Assembly (NCBI GenBank): GCA_963752595.1
Contig: CAVVYZ010000001.1
Span: 7,747-71,746, forward strand
DNA: 64,000 nt
From: an uncultured delta proteobacterium
GTDB taxonomy: Bacteria; Desulfobacterota; Desulfomonilia; UBA1062
Direction of reading: 5' to 3'
Shown here: positions 22,336 to 32,052 of the stretch, in pieces
Position numbering within the stretch: the stretch's first letter is position 1
Layout: the number at the start of each line of letters is the position of its first letter
Program-made: the position numbers and the translations under genes
The notes under the pieces: generated by a model
Seen by the model: only the letters and a program-made list of their open reading frames with translations
Told to the model about the DNA's origin: nothing
Databases searched by the model: none

Positions 22336-23401
22336 ATCAGGCAAATCTCATGTATTTCTGGTGTTCGGAGTGATTACGCTCATCGTCATTGCCGGGGTGT
22401 TTTTCTATGTCAGGCACATACGATTCAATATCTCCACCGATGACGCCTATGTGACCGGAAGGATCCATTCCATAGCGCCGAAGGTCGCGGGAACGATAAA
22501 GGCCGTATATGTGGAGGATAACCAGCTGGTGAAGAAAGGTGCCCTCCTCCTGGAGATCGACAGCAGGGATTATGATGTCAAGGTCGGCGATGCCATGGCA
22601 ACCCAGGATTCAGAGCAGTCGAAGAAGGCCGAGCTGGCCGTGCGGGTAGACGTGGCCGAAAAGCAGCTTGCCGAGATACAATCGAAGATCGATACGGCCC
22701 GGGCAGCCCTTGCTCTGCAGGAGGCCACACTGAAGCAGGCAAGCCAGGATCTTGCCAGGGCGGGTAAGCTCTACGACAAAGGGATCTTTGCCGAGGCGAC
22801 GCTCGAGAAGGCGACAACGGCTTATGATGTTGCAACAGCCCAGGTCAATGCCGCCCGCGAGCAGGTCAACCAGGCCCTGGCATCCTTCGAAACCCAGAAG
22901 CTCGTGATCGAGCAGTCGAGGACAGCGCTGAAGTCTCAAGGGTATGTCGTGGAGCAGAAAAAGCAGGTGCTTGCATCCGCGAGCCTCATGCAGGGTTATA
23001 CAAAGATCTACGCACCGGCGGACGGGTACGTCACCAAGAAGAGTGCGGAAGTCGGAAACCAGGTGGGCGCAGGCCAGCCGCTCATGGCAATCGTCCCCTT
23101 GAACGATGTATGGATCGTTGCCAACTACAAGGAGACGCAGCTCACCAACGTGAAGCCGGGGCAGGGGGTTCGGATCAAGGTGGATATGTACCCCGGCAAG
23201 ACCTTCTCGGGCAAGGTCGACAGCATCATGGCCGGGACCGGGAGCGTCTTTTCCCTGTTCCCGCCCGAGAATGCCACGGGCAACTATGTCAAGGTCGTGC
23301 AGCGCATCCCCTTAAAGATCTTACTGGAAAAAGGCGCCGACCCGGAGCACGTCCTGCGTATGGGCATGTCGGTCAGGCCCACCATCGCGGTACGAAAGTA
23401 A
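22304..23401 (+). CDS. HlyD/EmrA-family membrane fusion protein
   Basis: An N-terminal TM segment, a long coiled coil, and beta-barrel/lipoyl motifs (YTKIYAPADGYVT, VWIVANYKETQL) are present. AGGAGGAG precedes the ATG at 22304. Confidence 0.85.
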   Translation: MEGKGQESPAKSGKSHVFLVFGVITLIVIAGVFFYVRHIRFNISTDDAYVTGRIHSIAPKVAGTIKAVYVEDNQLVKKGALLLEIDSRDYDVKVGDAMATQDSEQSKKAELAVRVDVAEKQLAEIQSKIDTARAALALQEATLKQASQDLARAGKLYDKGIFAEATLEKATTAYDVATAQVNAAREQVNQALASFETQKLVIEQSRTALKSQGYVVEQKKQVLASASLMQGYTKIYAPADGYVTKKSAEVGNQVGAGQPLMAIVPLNDVWIVANYKETQLTNVKPGQGVRIKVDMYPGKTFSGKVDSIMAGTGSVFSLFPPENATGNYVKVVQRIPLKILLEKGADPEHVLRMGMSVRPTIAVRK

Positions 23402-23417
23402 GCTCCGGAGACGACAC

Positions 23418-24980
23418 GTGACGATGCAGTCATCGCCGGCCCCGGCGAACAAATGGCTCGTGGCCTCCACCGTGATGCTCCCCATGTTCATGGTGGTGCT
23501 GGACACCTCGGTGGTCAATGTCGCGCTCGACCATATCCGGGGGAGTCTTTCCGCGGGCATCGACGAGGCGACCTGGTCCATCACGGCGTATCTCGCTGCA
23601 AATGCGGTCATCATCCCCATGACCGGATGGATCAGCAGGCTCGTCGGCCGGAAGCGTTATCTGCTCTTTTCGATCGTGATGTTCACCGTGAGCTCTTTTC
23701 TGTGCGGTGCTGCATGGAACATCGAGAGCCTCATCATCTTCAGGATTCTGCAGGGCCTCACCGGCGGATCGATGCCGCCCCTTTCCCAGGCCATCCTGCT
23801 CGAGTCTTTTCCGCCAAGCCAGTACGGAATGGCCATGGCCATCTTCGGACTTGGCGTGAGCTTCGGGCCCATCATCGGACCGGTCCTCGGCGGGTGGATC
23901 ACCGATGTCCTCACCTGGAACTGGGTATTCTTCATCAATATCCCCATCGGCATCGTCTCGGTCATCATGGCGATCTTCGTCATCGCCGATCCTCACTACG
24001 TGAAAGGGATGAAGATGAAGATCGACTACCTGGGCCTTGTTCTGCTCGCGGCAGGGGTAGGGTGCCTCCAGCTCCTCCTGGACCGGGGGCAGAGAAACGA
24101 CTGGTTCAATTCCAACCTCATGATCGTCCTGGCACTGACCGCGGTGTTTTCTCTCGTTCTGTTCGTCCTGAGGGAGATCAGGGCAGAGAGTCCCATCGTA
24201 GACTTAAGGGCGTTCAAGAGCTACTCCTTCTGCCTGGGCAACATAGCCATGTTCGTCTTCATGGCGAACCTTTTCGGAACCCTTGTCCTGCTGCCCATCT
24301 TTCTCCAGACACTCATGGGCTATACCGCCATGCTCGCGGGCCTCGCGCTTGCCCCGGGGGGAGTGGCAAACCTGCTGATCATGCCCATCGTCGGCAGGTT
24401 CCTCCACAGGTTCAACCCAAAGACCTTTGTCCTGGTCGGCATACTCTTCACCGCATACTCCACATTCCTCATGTCGGGATTCTCTCTGGGCGTGGATTTC
24501 GATACGGTTCTCTGGCCCAGGATCTTCATGGGCATCGGGATGGGCATGCTCTTCATCCCGCTCACCACGCTGACGATAGCAGGCATCAGGAAGGAAGACA
24601 TGGGCAATGCGACTGCCTTGTATAATCTGATACGAAACATCGGGGGCAGCATCGGGATCGCCATTATCACGACCATGGTAAGCCGCAGGGCCCAGTTCCA
24701 CCAGTCACGCCTGGTAGACCATCTGACCCCGTATGACCCGGTGTATTTTCTCCGTACCCAGCAGGCAACGGACCTCCTTCAGCAGAAGGGGATCGACCCG
24801 TCCATGGCAAAGCACGGAGGGCTCGGCGTCATATACGAAAACACAGTCAGGCAGGCCTCCATGCTCTCGTTTGCGGATGTATTCTTTATCCTAACCCTGA
24901 TGATGCTTGCCCTCATTCCCCTGGTGCTCTTCATGAAAAATACCGGGCCCGCACAGGAGCCGGCACCCGTAGCAGAGTAG
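23418..24980 (+). CDS. MFS DHA2 (EmrB/QacA-type, 14-TM) drug efflux transporter
   Basis: The N-terminus has LDTSVVNVALDHIRGSL, typical of EmrB/QacA, and the ORF is 520 aa and hydrophobic throughout. Confidence 0.9.
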   Translation: MTMQSSPAPANKWLVASTVMLPMFMVVLDTSVVNVALDHIRGSLSAGIDEATWSITAYLAANAVIIPMTGWISRLVGRKRYLLFSIVMFTVSSFLCGAAWNIESLIIFRILQGLTGGSMPPLSQAILLESFPPSQYGMAMAIFGLGVSFGPIIGPVLGGWITDVLTWNWVFFINIPIGIVSVIMAIFVIADPHYVKGMKMKIDYLGLVLLAAGVGCLQLLLDRGQRNDWFNSNLMIVLALTAVFSLVLFVLREIRAESPIVDLRAFKSYSFCLGNIAMFVFMANLFGTLVLLPIFLQTLMGYTAMLAGLALAPGGVANLLIMPIVGRFLHRFNPKTFVLVGILFTAYSTFLMSGFSLGVDFDTVLWPRIFMGIGMGMLFIPLTTLTIAGIRKEDMGNATALYNLIRNIGGSIGIAIITTMVSRRAQFHQSRLVDHLTPYDPVYFLRTQQATDLLQQKGIDPSMAKHGGLGVIYENTVRQASMLSFADVFFILTLMMLALIPLVLFMKNTGPAQEPAPVAE

Positions 24981-26061
24981 CCTTTCCCTCCCATTAACAG
25001 ATCTGTCCTGTTTCCTGCTCAGGTATTGGACCAGATGTTCGGAATTCCCCGGACCGTTAGACATAAGTCCCCTCGCCCCTTGCGGGAGAGGGACAGGGAG
25101 AGGGGGTATGCTCGCCCGGAATTGCCCATCCTTCACCGTGATGCTCTGCCGGGTACTAGGATCGGCCGGGGCAGCCGTCACGCTGGTTACCGCCAGGTCC
25201 GGGCCTTTCACGGTGATGAAAAAAGCCCAGGGGTTGTTGTTATCATTGTTCTCTTTAACCGCATTCTGCGGGTCCACCATCATCCGGATTTCGTGAGCCC
25301 CGGGCCGGGTCAGCTTTACCGCAGGGATCTCGAATTCGTAATGGATCCCCTTTTCGGCCTTCATGATATGGGTGTCGGCCACCACATAGGCTCCCACGGG
25401 CTGTCCGTTCTCGGTTGCCTGTATCAGAAGCAGCCCTTTCGGCAGAAAGGCCGGCTGTTTTCCGATGTTCTCCAGGGCATGCAATGCGACCGTGACCGAG
25501 CTGCCGGATGTTATCTCTCTATTCAGCCCGGATACTGTTCTCCCATCGCACTTTGTATAAAAATCCCGTATAAACAGATCCGGCCATCCCGGGTCCCCCT
25601 TGGTCGGATCAATCACTTCCACCTGTAAATAACTTGTGTTGTCTGCCGGATTCAGATCTTCGGCGAGGTTGTAATGATTTATCGTTGCCTCGACAATATG
25701 TCTTCCTGCCGGCAGAGTGCCGGTACCAGACCCGAATAGACGATCGACACGGCAGTCATACGTCTGCCCCGGGCTCAAGGTTATGGATTGCGACCCCCAC
25801 GGCCGGGTGGTGGCGCTTTACATGACATCGTCGTTCCGCTCAATCCCGAGATCCTTCAAAGGAGCCGGCGTACTGCCAACGTTCCTGATGGTCACAAAGT
25901 AGGTGAAGCCGGTACTGATCGTCCCCTGGAAAGGCTCAACCCCTGAAAGCTGTTACGGCAAGATCATATTGTCCGGCAGCATACGCCTGCGGGCCTCCGG
26001 TGAGCGTCATTGCAATGGTAAGAAAAATGAAACACAGTCCGTGAATAAAAAGCCTCATCAT
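24891..26061 (-). pseudogene. Secreted CARDB-repeat protein, frameshifted; 3' end doubtful
   Basis: GAGGAGG plus ATGATG at 26061 and a signal peptide MMRLFIHGLCFIFLTIAMTLTGGPQAYA are present. CARDB-like YDLAVT/PDLAVTSV starts occur. The reading frame changes between 25780 and 25940. The last 90 nt overlap the MFS gene and read through a G/C-rich palindromic element. Confidence 0.5.
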
Positions 26062-26275
26062 TGGTTGCCTCCTCTTGCCTTTTGTTACCGCGGTGTCGTT
26101 ACGTATTTTATTGAACTCCATTTCCATGCTGCATTGTCCTTGAAATCTTAATACATTACAAGCAGAAGTATAGAGTCGATCCTGAAACTTTCTCTTGAAA
26201 ATCATTTGCTCCTCAATTATAAACAATAAAGTAATACTTTAATGTTTAATTAAAAACATCCGCCAGGAGGGCATT

Positions 26276-27312
26276 ATGAAGACAAGAATCACCGAAATGA
26301 TGGGCATTCAGTACCCGATCTTTCTTTCCGGCATGAGCTGGATCAGCGTACCCGAGATGGTGGCTGCCGTTTCGAATGCAGGCGGCCTGGGCATCCTCGC
26401 CACCGGTCCTCTGGAAAAGGAGCAGACCCGGGCATCCATCCGCCGGATCCGCAAGCTCACGGACAAACCCTTCGGGGCCAATGCCTCGCTTCTCTTCCCC
26501 GGCGCCAAGGAATCGGCGAAAGTCCTTCTGGAAGAGCAGGTCCCCGTCATCAACTTCGCCCTGGGCAAAGGGGACTGGATCGTCGAGGAAGCACACAAGT
26601 ACGGCGGCAAGGTCATCGCCACGGTGGTGAGCCCCCGGCATGCAAAGCGTGCGCAGGAGTACGGCTGCGATGCGGTCATCGCCACAGGCAACGAGGCTGC
26701 GGCCCACGGTGAATTCGTCACCACGTTCTGCCTTGTCCCGAGCCTGGTGAATGCCCTTTCTATCCCGGTGATAGCAGCCGGAGGCATAGCGGACGGCAGG
26801 GGCCTGGCCGCAGCGCTCGCGCTGGGCGCCGAGGGAGTGGCCATGGGGACCCGGCTCATGACCACCAAAGAAAGCCCGCTGCACCGGAACTATAAAGACC
26901 TCTCCATCACCAGGGATACACGGATACCCTCTACTCAAAGCGTATCGACGGCCTCTGGTGCCGCGTCCTCAAGACCGATACTGCGGAGCGGCAGAAGAAA
27001 AAGGGCCTGGACCTGCCCGCAGCATTCTTCAATGCTCAGGATATTGCGAGATCGCTGCATCTGCCCTTCCTGAAGCTCTTCATCGGCGTGCTGCTGTCCG
27101 GATGGAAGACCTCCATGCAGTTCGCTTATCTGGCCAACGCATCCAAGGCCTTCCAGCTGGCCACGGAAGACGGCGACCTCGAGAAGGGCATCCTGCCGGT
27201 TGGCCAGTGCACCGGCCTGATCAAAGACGAGCCTACGGTCAAGGAGCTGATCGACCGGATGGTACAGGAGGCGGAAGGCATCGAGAAAAGGATGGCCGCC
27301 ATCTTCTCATGA
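26276..27312 (+). pseudogene. NAD(P)H-dependent flavin oxidoreductase (nitronate monooxygenase / FabK-like), one frameshift near 26920
   Basis: YPIFLSGMSWISVPEMVAAVSNAGGLGILA and IPVIAAGGIADGRGLAAALALGAEGVAMGTR are typical of the family. The C-terminal third continues in ORF 27088-27312. Confidence 0.75.
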
Positions 27313-27349
27313 GCGCCCGGTAGGAAACGCACAAAGGACTGAAAAAGAC

Positions 27350-28063
27350 ATGGGCCTCAAAATAGGTGAGATAGCGAAGAGAAGCGGGGTCCCGGCCTCC
27401 ACGATCCGGTATTACGTGAAGGAGGGGCTCCTCCCTTACCCGGAGAGGATCAACAAAAAGATGGCCTACTATGACGAGGCCTGCATCAGGAAGCTCGAAG
27501 CGATCCAGCACCTCCAGGAAAAGAAGTACTACCCCCTCTCCGTGATCAGGAACATCCTCCGCCGCATGGATGACGGCTTCAGCCTCGAAGAATCCGAGGA
27601 AGTGGAGAATGCCGTGTTCTCCCCCATGGCCGGAGGCGAGACGGATCTGGTGGACCGCCCTGAGTTCCTGCGATTGACCGGGCTTACTCCCGGGCAGCTC
27701 GACGAGGCGGAGAAGATCGGTCTCGTCATGCCCTACTTAAGGGAAAAAAAGAAGGTGTTCTACAACCAGGAAGACATCACCATAGCCCGGGATGCTGTCC
27801 GGCAGGTCTACCGGTACGGTCTCGACCCCAAGGATCTGGAGTTTTATGTCCGCCTCGCCCGCGAGATTACCGACCACGAGGTGGCGCTCCGCAGGAAGAT
27901 CACCAGCGGCATGTCCGCAAAGGGCAATGCCCGGATAACCACTGACCTCACCCGGGCAGCCAATCTTTTCCGCAGCTATATCTTAAGGAGGCTCCTCCAG
28001 CAGAAGATCCAGACCCGCATCCAGCGGAGCCTCGGCAGGACGAAGAACGATCCGCAGGAGTAG
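27350..28063 (+). CDS. MerR-family transcriptional regulator
   Basis: The N-terminal HTH LKIGEIAKRSGVPASTIRYYVKEGLL is typical of MerR. Intact 237-aa ORF. Confidence 0.85.
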   Translation: MGLKIGEIAKRSGVPASTIRYYVKEGLLPYPERINKKMAYYDEACIRKLEAIQHLQEKKYYPLSVIRNILRRMDDGFSLEESEEVENAVFSPMAGGETDLVDRPEFLRLTGLTPGQLDEAEKIGLVMPYLREKKKVFYNQEDITIARDAVRQVYRYGLDPKDLEFYVRLAREITDHEVALRRKITSGMSAKGNARITTDLTRAANLFRSYILRRLLQQKIQTRIQRSLGRTKNDPQE

Positions 28064-28147
28064 CACTCTGATGACGAGAGATGCTGAAGAATGGGCATCA
28101 AGTTGTCATTCTTGGCAGGACAGTGACAAAGCCTCTCTGACCAAGAT

Positions 28148-29104
28148 TCACCCCAATTCTTTATCCTTGTCAGTCCTATGAATTCTATCATGACAAACAG
28201 TACAAAGCGTCTTGAGGTTCTCTTCAGTATTATCACCCTTCTGGACATGGGGTTTGATATGGTGCAATTCCAAATGGCGAGGATCAGATGGATTCCATTC
28301 TTCATGTGACCATCCGCAATTCTTACATCTATAACTATCACGCCTGAGGACTTCTCTTCTGACATCGTCAGGGATTTTACGATCATGTTCTGGGCTTTGT
28401 CGATCCGCTTGTAATACATAAGCGCCCACCGGTAAATCCGGGTTGCCTGTTGTCTTGGTCATAATAGGCCAACCGAATTCGGTACGAAGTTCACGGACTC
28501 TCCTGGCCCACTCGGTCTTATTACCGGCCACATAACGAAGTTCTTCACCGGTTACGGGAAGCCCGACATTCTCCCTTAAAAATCTTAGGATCTTATCACG
28601 CACCGATGCTTTTTCTTTGCGTATCCTATTGGCAATATTCCATCGGTGTGCAGCATCGCGGTCTTGCTGTTCGCTGAGGAGAATATATTCATCCGGTTTC
28701 ATCTTTTTCAGTTCTTCGGGAATCTCCTCTTCTTCTGCATCTTCCATTTCCTTGATCGTTACCCCTGTAGCTATCGACCAACCGAACTGAACTCTCAATT
28801 CTCTAATTCTTCTTGCATATTCCTGGATACCGGATACAACAAGAAGCTCATCTCCTTTAATGACTACTTCCGGATAGCTTCGGAAATACTGGAGGATACG
28901 ATCCCTGGCCGCAGATTGATACTTTTCCGGAATCAAGGATTTGCCGAGATTTCTCAGGCTTTTAAAAATCGGTATAAGGGCAAGGACCTTTGGCCGTAGT
29001 CCGCTCGATTGAAGCTCGGTTTTAAATTCCTTGATTAAAATCTCTACCTTTTGCCTTAGTTCTTCCGGATCAGTTGCTTTCGATGAGCCCTTAACTTTTG
29101 CCAT
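28148..29104 (-). CDS. HNH endonuclease with two tandem winged-helix-like repeats (candidate restriction subunit)
   Basis: The C-terminus carries an HNH/zinc motif (CKNCGW...LELHHIKP...NLKTLCTVCHDRIH). GGAGGGG lies 8 nt before the ATG at 29104, which overlaps the vsr stop by 14 nt. Internal repeats are at 28766-28912 and 28457-28609. Confidence 0.8.
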   Translation of the reverse strand: MAKVKGSSKATDPEELRQKVEILIKEFKTELQSSGLRPKVLALIPIFKSLRNLGKSLIPEKYQSAARDRILQYFRSYPEVVIKGDELLVVSGIQEYARRIRELRVQFGWSIATGVTIKEMEDAEEEEIPEELKKMKPDEYILLSEQQDRDAAHRWNIANRIRKEKASVRDKILRFLRENVGLPVTGEELRYVAGNKTEWARRVRELRTEFGWPIMTKTTGNPDLPVGAYVLQADRQSPEHDRKIPDDVRREVLRRDSYRCKNCGWSHEEWNPSDPRHLELHHIKPHVQKGDNTEENLKTLCTVCHDRIHRTDKDKELG

Positions 29105-29507
29105 GTAGAAACCCCTCCAGTTTACCGAGCAATTCATCAGGTTTTCTCGTTTCGCATTGCCAGATAACGAGAACCTTCCATCCTTGAGATATCAATTCCG
29201 ATTCAAAGCGCTTATCACGCTCAATATTCAGATCAAGCTTCCGGTTCCAGAACTCTACATTCGTTGTCGGCCTTTTAGATCGCGGACAGCCTTCATGACC
29301 ATGCCAGAAACAGCCATGAACGAAGATCACTTTTTTATGTCTCTGCAAAACGATATCCGGATTTCCGGGAAGGCGGCGTACATTGACCCTGAACCGATAA
29401 CCCATTTTATGTACTGATGACCTCACAAGGATCTCCGGCTTTGTATCGCGTCCTTTGACGCGCCCCATTATCCGGCTTCGTTTCTCCGGTGAAAAAACAT
29501 CGGTCAT
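29091..29507 (-). CDS. vsr: Very-short-patch repair endonuclease
   Basis: Canonical Vsr blocks are present: RSRIMGRVKGRDTKPE, GNPDIVL, IFVHGCFWHGHEGC, FWNRKLDLNIERD, VLVIWQCE. Confidence 0.9.
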   Translation of the reverse strand: MTDVFSPEKRSRIMGRVKGRDTKPEILVRSSVHKMGYRFRVNVRRLPGNPDIVLQRHKKVIFVHGCFWHGHEGCPRSKRPTTNVEFWNRKLDLNIERDKRFESELISQGWKVLVIWQCETRKPDELLGKLEGFLHGKS

Positions 29508-29508
29508 G

Positions 29509-30726
29509 TTATTTAGTGTTCATCGTAAGAAGCAGATAGACGACATCAGCCACACGGGCCGCTAAGAGAGGGGGAACAGCATTCCCTATTTGTTTGGCGA
29601 TCTCGATTTTCGATCCTTTGAAAGCAAAGTCGTCGGGGAATGATTGTAATCGCGCTGCTTCGCGATGCGTTATCGGGCGATGCTGTTTAGGATGAAGATA
29701 TCGCCCCTTCTCAGGTTTGAAGAATTCCGTCCGAATCGTGAATGCCGGTCTATCCCACCATAATCTTCCGAAGAGGTCGGTGCCTCCGCTTTTCTTCCGT
29801 ATCCAGCAGTCAGGTGTGAGGTCCGGTGCCATTCTCTGTAGGTCGAACCGGTTCATTCCCTCATCAGGTATGGATTTGTACCTTGCAATGCTCAACGGAG
29901 TCGGTGTCCTGCCGAAGTGAAGGTCCATAGGCGGATCGATATTTCGGATTTCAGTACCTTCCGGCTGAGGTAAATCAGCTATAGCATCCTGGACGGTTCG
30001 CCATTTTTCTGCATTCGGCAAGTACCCATCTCTTGAACCATCAATCAATGTTGATTGGACCACACCTTTTGACGGATCGAAATGTGACTTCCGTGGCGGG
30101 AAGACGAGAGCCGGGTTGAAATGCTTACAGCCGATAATAAATGCCCTTTTCCTTGCTTGAGGGACACCGTAGTCGGTAGCACAAAGTTTGTCGCTCCATA
30201 CATGAAAACCCATTTCTTTAGCCATGTGAATGATTTCGTCATGTTCAGAAGATCCCAGGATTTGCGGAACGTTTTCCATTACAAAGATTCCGGCTCCCGA
30301 CCGTTTGACGACTTCGAAAAACGGTCGCCAGAGTTCTTTTCTCGGATCGACCTCGCGATTTTTATTCAAAAGGCTAAAACCCTGACAAGGCGGCCCGCCG
30401 ATGACCACATCGGCTTCCGGAATTTCTATCTTCGGGTTTTTAAGTATGTCTACGACATCACCAGGAAGACAGTGATCACCAAAGTTTGCATTGTAAGTTT
30501 TGACACAATAGCCATTAAAATCATTGGCCCATACAGAATCGAAAGCATGACCGAACCTCTTGGAAAATCCCAGCGTCATGCCTCCGGCCCCGGCGAATAC
30601 ATCTATAAGTCGATATCTTTTAGGAGCTGTTATAATGCTTCCGCTGACTCTCGCATCATATACAAGCTGCTCTTCTCGTAACAACCATTCGGAATAAGAT
30701 ATTTCCTCTGCGATCTCATATTTCAT
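29509..30726 (-). CDS. DNA (cytosine-5)-methyltransferase
   Basis: m5C-methyltransferase motifs I (DVFAGAGG), IV (GGPPCQGFS), VI (ENV), VIII (QARKR) and X (GNAVPP) are present. The stop is 1 nt from the vsr start. Confidence 0.92.
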   Translation of the reverse strand: MKYEIAEEISYSEWLLREEQLVYDARVSGSIITAPKRYRLIDVFAGAGGMTLGFSKRFGHAFDSVWANDFNGYCVKTYNANFGDHCLPGDVVDILKNPKIEIPEADVVIGGPPCQGFSLLNKNREVDPRKELWRPFFEVVKRSGAGIFVMENVPQILGSSEHDEIIHMAKEMGFHVWSDKLCATDYGVPQARKRAFIIGCKHFNPALVFPPRKSHFDPSKGVVQSTLIDGSRDGYLPNAEKWRTVQDAIADLPQPEGTEIRNIDPPMDLHFGRTPTPLSIARYKSIPDEGMNRFDLQRMAPDLTPDCWIRKKSGGTDLFGRLWWDRPAFTIRTEFFKPEKGRYLHPKQHRPITHREAARLQSFPDDFAFKGSKIEIAKQIGNAVPPLLAARVADVVYLLLTMNTK

Positions 30727-30743
30727 AAATATATTTTAGCATG
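30727..30743 (-). promoter_or_regulatory. Extended -10 element (TGcTAAAAT) directly upstream of the methyltransferase ATG
   Basis: The reverse complement of 30727-30743 is CATGCTAAAATATATTT followed by ATG. There is no Shine-Dalgarno sequence, and the spacing implies a leaderless or near-leaderless mRNA. Confidence 0.35.
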
Positions 30744-30874
30744 TTTATCCTTACACATCTATGTGGACTTATGATTATCGGCCTGCATTATTTTCGGGTA
30801 ATCGGGATAGGCTCGGGAAGATAATTAAATATGCTGTCCCCAGAACTTCAAGGACCCCTGGTGTATCGTTTCGA

Positions 30875-31363
30875 TCAGCTGGTTCTTTTTTTTACTCCAG
30901 CCTTGCTCTTCGTTCCCTTACGTTTGCGGTATGCATTATAATCGGGCAGCAGGCGATTGTATTCTCCCTCCATCAGGGGCGAGGAAATCATGAAATCAGC
31001 AGATGACCGGTTGCAGGCAATGGGGATGTTCCAGACTACTGCCATCCGCAAGAGGGCTTTAACATCGGGATCGTGGGGCATCGGCTCGAGGGGGTCCCAG
31101 AAGAAGATCAGAAAGTCGATCTCGGCATCCGCAATCTTGGCCCCGATCTGCTGATCGCCGCCCAACGGCCCGCTCTGGAGCTTCGTAATCCCGAAGCCGA
31201 GCTCCCGTTCCAGGATGTCTCCGGTGGTACCTGTTGCATAGATCTTGTGGTGCGCCAGGAGGTCGCGGTTGAACTTTGCCCATTCAAGAAGGCCGCTCTT
31301 CTTATGATCATGGGCCACCAGGGCTATCCTTTTATCATGCTCCATGACGATTTTCTGATCCAT
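30875..31363 (-). CDS. mgsA: Methylglyoxal synthase
   Basis: The blocks [50 protein letters not shown] are typical of MgsA. GGGAGGA precedes the ATG at 31363, so the ORF-track start at 31516 is an upstream extension. Confidence 0.9.
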   Translation of the reverse strand: MDQKIVMEHDKRIALVAHDHKKSGLLEWAKFNRDLLAHHKIYATGTTGDILERELGFGITKLQSGPLGGDQQIGAKIADAEIDFLIFFWDPLEPMPHDPDVKALLRMAVVWNIPIACNRSSADFMISSPLMEGEYNRLLPDYNAYRKRKGTKSKAGVKKRTS

Positions 31364-31599
31364 ACTTCCTCCCTTTGATTGTGCTGAAACACTGCTGGCA
31401 GGACGGCAGGCTATCCGGTGAATGTCCGAGGTGCCGGTGTTTCTGAACACGATCTCTTTGAAAAGCTGTGGATTAATATATTGTAAATAATTAGGAACCA
31501 TCCGGAACGGTTTCAACCCCTAAGGCCGGCATAGAATAAATGAGATGGAGCTTGACCGGCTCGATAAACAGGGCATACCTGAAGATGAGGAGATTTTTG

Positions 31600-31803
31600 A
31601 TGAACGGAAGGAACCGTAGCGATATCAAACCGGGATCGCGTGTACGAATAGTACAGAAACAGGACCAGCAATCCGGAAGGCTGACCGAGGGAACAGTAAA
31701 AGACATCCTGACGAACTCGCCGACCCATCCCCACGGGATCAAGGTGCGCCTGGTGAGCAGTGAAGTGGGGCGGGTGAAAGAGATCCTTGCCGGACAATCC
31801 TGA
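31600..31803 (+). CDS. YwbE-family small protein (DUF2196)
   Basis: The 67-aa sequence RSDIKPGSRVRIVQKQDQQSGRLTEGTVKDILTNSPTHPHGIKVRL matches my recollection of the YwbE family. Confidence 0.7.
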   Translation: MNGRNRSDIKPGSRVRIVQKQDQQSGRLTEGTVKDILTNSPTHPHGIKVRLVSSEVGRVKEILAGQS

Positions 31804-32052
31804 CCCTCAGGCACGTTATTTCCGTTTCTTGCCGGCTCTTACGGTGCCGTTCTTTCCCATTTATTCCTATTACATTATCAGTGCTTCCTTGATGGCCGAG
31901 AGGCCTGCGAAATAGGCCCTGGTCCACATCAGGGGGATCTGGGGCAAATAGCAAGACCTGACCTCTGATAACCCAAGAACCTTTAGGTTCCATAAATTAT
32001 ACATATTTATATTTCTCATAATGGATTCTCTTCCATGCAATAGGAGGTTCCC

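Noticed and set aside
23453-24625. A 390-aa Arg/His/Pro-rich ORF on the same strand as the MFS transporter
   Set aside because: It is an alternative frame of the transporter gene. Its composition is not protein-like.
31545-31619. A possible 24-codon upstream ORF (MELDRLDKQGIPEDEEIFDERKEP) covering the repeated 40-mer ahead of ywbE
   Set aside because: It has no SD. In the second copy (43247-43286) the ATG is absent and the frame is closed by a stop just upstream, so a conserved leader peptide is not supported.
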